A DNA stretch of 54,912 nt, from contig JACQVX010000082.1 of the NCBI GenBank assembly GCA_016209495.1, positions 1 to 54,912 on the forward strand. Reading direction: 5' to 3'. Below the pieces are notes generated by a model. It made no database searches, was not told the DNA's origin, and saw only the letters and a program-made list of their open reading frames with translations. Source of the DNA: Planctomycetota bacterium (GTDB lineage Bacteria; Planctomycetota; JACQVX01). Position 1 is the stretch's first letter. Each line of letters opens with the position of its first letter. Of the stretch, positions 52,912-54,912 are shown piece by piece. Made by a program: the position numbers and the translations under genes.

Positions 52912-54357
52912 ATGAACGGGATCTTCCTCCACGACTCGCTCTTCCAGTGGGTGGGCGCCTTCCTCATGGCGCTCCTCGCCGACACCCTGAGGTCGGCGGG
53001 GGTCTATCACCTCATGGTGACGGTGGGATTCCTGGTGATGGTCCACCGGGGGCTCAAGCGCCAGGACTACTGGCCCCTCGCGGGCTACGTGGCCGGCTGC
53101 GTCGTGATCCACACCCTCTTTGTTTGGACCCGGACGAGCCTCAGGCCTAGCGAGGTCCACGTCGTCGCCATCCAGGAGGGATTCGACAGCGAGGAGTCGG
53201 GGATCGAGGGCGCGCTCCCCGCCGAGCTCCGGCGACCGGTGGACATCCCCACGGGCTTCCTTGCCGTCAACCAGGCCATCGACGGGGTGGTCGTCGGAAT
53301 GACGTCCAGGGTCAACCACGACTTCTTCCTCGTCCCCTTCGAGTTCACACGGTTCCACGCGCACATGCAGGCGGCCGAGGTCACCGACCCCGAGGTCTCC
53401 GCCTTCGTGCACGACTTCGTGGACAAGTGCTACGAGCCCGCCCTCGTGCGCGTCCACCACCAGACCTACGGCCTTGCGGCCACGGACCTGGAGGCCATGG
53501 CCTGGCCTGGCGATGCCAACCTGCGCAGGGTCTACCCCGGATTGGCCTACAAGCCGAGCGAGGTCCTAGTCCCGGACCTCGTCGCTCGCGGTCTGGACAC
53601 CTGCGACGAGGCCTGGCTCGCGGTCGAGAGCCGCCTGGAGGACTACGTGCGCTCCGACCCGGTCCACGCCGCGGAGCTCGCCCGCCTCGCCGGCGGGCGT
53701 AGCGGCCTGACGGACATCTTCGGAGGGACTGCGAGCGAGCGCGAGGCGGCCTACATCGAGCGGCTCGTGCGGGAGACCTTCACCGAACGAGCGGACGAGG
53801 TCATGGACACGGGCGATCAGCCCAGCCTCTTCGCCAACCCCAACGGCAACACCTCGACCTCGGACTCGATACGCGGCGCCCTTATGGCGGCCCTGGGGAG
53901 CGTGGGCTATGTCTTCGGCGCCGCCACCATGCTGGGCGTCGCCGCCAACGTGAGCGCCATGGGCCCCTACGTCCAGGGCCTCACTTTGATGATGGTCTAC
54001 GCCCTTTTCCCCTTCGCCCTCCTCTTCGCCCTCTGGCCCGGGAACGCCTGGGTCCTTGCCAAGTACTTCGGCGTCGTCCTCTGGGTGAAGAGCTGGACCC
54101 TGGGCTGGGCCATCCTCTCGAACTTCGACACCTACCAGGCCACCCTGGGCACCATGGACGAGGCCATGAGCGGCCTCTTCGGCTGGACTCTGTACCCCGT
54201 GGCCATCTGCATCGCCTACGTCGCGGTGCCGGTCCTCTGCGGCCTGGTCCTCTCCTGGGGGACCTCCGCCCTGGGCACCCTGGCCGCCGGCGGTCTCCAC
54301 GCCTCCCGCGCCGGCACCGGCGCCCAGGCGACCGTCACCCGGATGGCCAGCGCATGA
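52912..54357 (+). CDS. traG: TraG N-terminal domain (VirB6-like) membrane protein
   Basis: N-terminal TMs, 'FVHDFVDKCYEPA', 'TCDEAW', 'PYVQGLTLMMVYALFPF', 'WVKSW', C-terminal TMs. Confidence 0.8.
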   Translation: MNGIFLHDSLFQWVGAFLMALLADTLRSAGVYHLMVTVGFLVMVHRGLKRQDYWPLAGYVAGCVVIHTLFVWTRTSLRPSEVHVVAIQEGFDSEESGIEGALPAELRRPVDIPTGFLAVNQAIDGVVVGMTSRVNHDFFLVPFEFTRFHAHMQAAEVTDPEVSAFVHDFVDKCYEPALVRVHHQTYGLAATDLEAMAWPGDANLRRVYPGLAYKPSEVLVPDLVARGLDTCDEAWLAVESRLEDYVRSDPVHAAELARLAGGRSGLTDIFGGTASEREAAYIERLVRETFTERADEVMDTGDQPSLFANPNGNTSTSDSIRGALMAALGSVGYVFGAATMLGVAANVSAMGPYVQGLTLMMVYALFPFALLFALWPGNAWVLAKYFGVVLWVKSWTLGWAILSNFDTYQATLGTMDEAMSGLFGWTLYPVAICIAYVAVPVLCGLVLSWGTSALGTLAAGGLHASRAGTGAQATVTRMASA

Positions 54358-54541
54358 GCTTCACGACGGACGTCCAAAACCCGGCCTCTTTTCTCCTCTC
54401 TGCAGCAGGTTCACCGGGTCCTGTCGCATCTCTCGCTCTTGGCAACGGACCGCTCCACCTCCGGTGGGGATTGCCTATGCGCCCCCCCACCGGTCCGGAG
54501 GGGGGGCCACACCCCCTTCTCCAGAAAGGAAGGAGCACACG

Positions 54542-54912
54542 ATGTCCACTACCTTGAAGATCACCCCCGAGGTCGCCGAGGCCTTCGGGGCCGGCATCCC
54601 CACCCTCGTGGAGACGCCGGAGGTACCGTCCTCGGAGCCGTCGCCGACGGAGCCGTCGCCGACGGAGCCGTCGCGGCCCACCCGGAAGGGCAGCTTCCCC
54701 CCCAAGACCTGGGGGGCCCTGATGCACTACTACCGGGACCTGGGCCAGTCCGAGGAGGAGGCCCGTGCCTCCGTGGCGGCGCTCGACCGCGACGAGGGCT
54801 ACACCCTCGCCCACCGTCGCCGCCGGCAGTTCGGGGCCGTCATGGCCATCGAGCGCGCCCTCGGCCAGCCCGAGGACGAGGCGAAGGCGCGGTTCAACGC
54901 CATGGACGTCGA
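54542..54912 (+). CDS. Hypothetical protein, truncated by the window end
   Basis: ATG after AGGAAGGAG; open to the end ('MSTTLKITPEVAEAFGAG...'); contains EPSPT repeats and two 'LGQxExEA(R/K)A' motifs. Confidence 0.65.
   Translation, partial: MSTTLKITPEVAEAFGAGIPTLVETPEVPSSEPSPTEPSPTEPSRPTRKGSFPPKTWGALMHYYRDLGQSEEEARASVAALDRDEGYTLAHRRRRQFGAVMAIERALGQPEDEAKARFNAMDV
54633..54674 (+). repeat. 15-bp tandem repeat (about 2.8 copies) within a CDS
   Basis: CGGAGCCGTCGCCGA x2 followed by CGGAGCCGTCGC, encoding (EPSPT)n. Confidence 0.8.

Larger units (their letters stand above)
24029..54912 (+). mobile_element. Putative integrative conjugative element (left part; continues past the window end)
   Basis: Begins at a split tRNA and contains a contiguous T4SS operon with a VirB4/TraC ATPase, defence cargo and IS remnants. 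Integrase, relaxase and coupling protein were not seen in the window. Confidence 0.8.

Overview
Very GC-rich bacterial DNA; the lineage cannot be determined, though the Ser/Thr kinase-WD40/TPR and FecR content would fit Planctomycetota or a similar group (inference). The window has two parts. (1) Positions 1-~24,000 are chromosomal: an HDOD protein, a stand-alone receiver, mutS, a kinase-ATPase-TPR protein, a FecR-domain protein, and a non-canonical Pel exopolysaccharide operon (pelA, pelB-like, receiver, pelD-like, pelE-like, HEAT protein, pelF frameshifted at a C8 run, pelG; no pelC). (2) From a tRNA-Ser(CGA) gene cut exactly after its anticodon loop (24035) to the window end lies a putative integrative conjugative element (ICE). 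It carries a ZAS anti-sigma-like gene plus an unusual ECF sigma factor with an apparent second sigma-4 domain; cargo (kinase-WD40, IS21 and IS1380 remnants, a RADAR-type rdrA-rdrB anti-phage pair); and an F/G-like type IV secretion operon with its own VKOR-DsbA. The main observation is a 32-bp motif, TTGTCCGAT-N9-TCATCCCAATAGGG, found three times with identical spacing: before the first ICE gene, before the anti-sigma/sigma pair, and before the conjugation operon. This suggests that an element-encoded ECF sigma/anti-sigma switch controls transfer. No integrase, relaxase or coupling protein is visible in the window. All product calls come from motif recognition by eye, not database searches.
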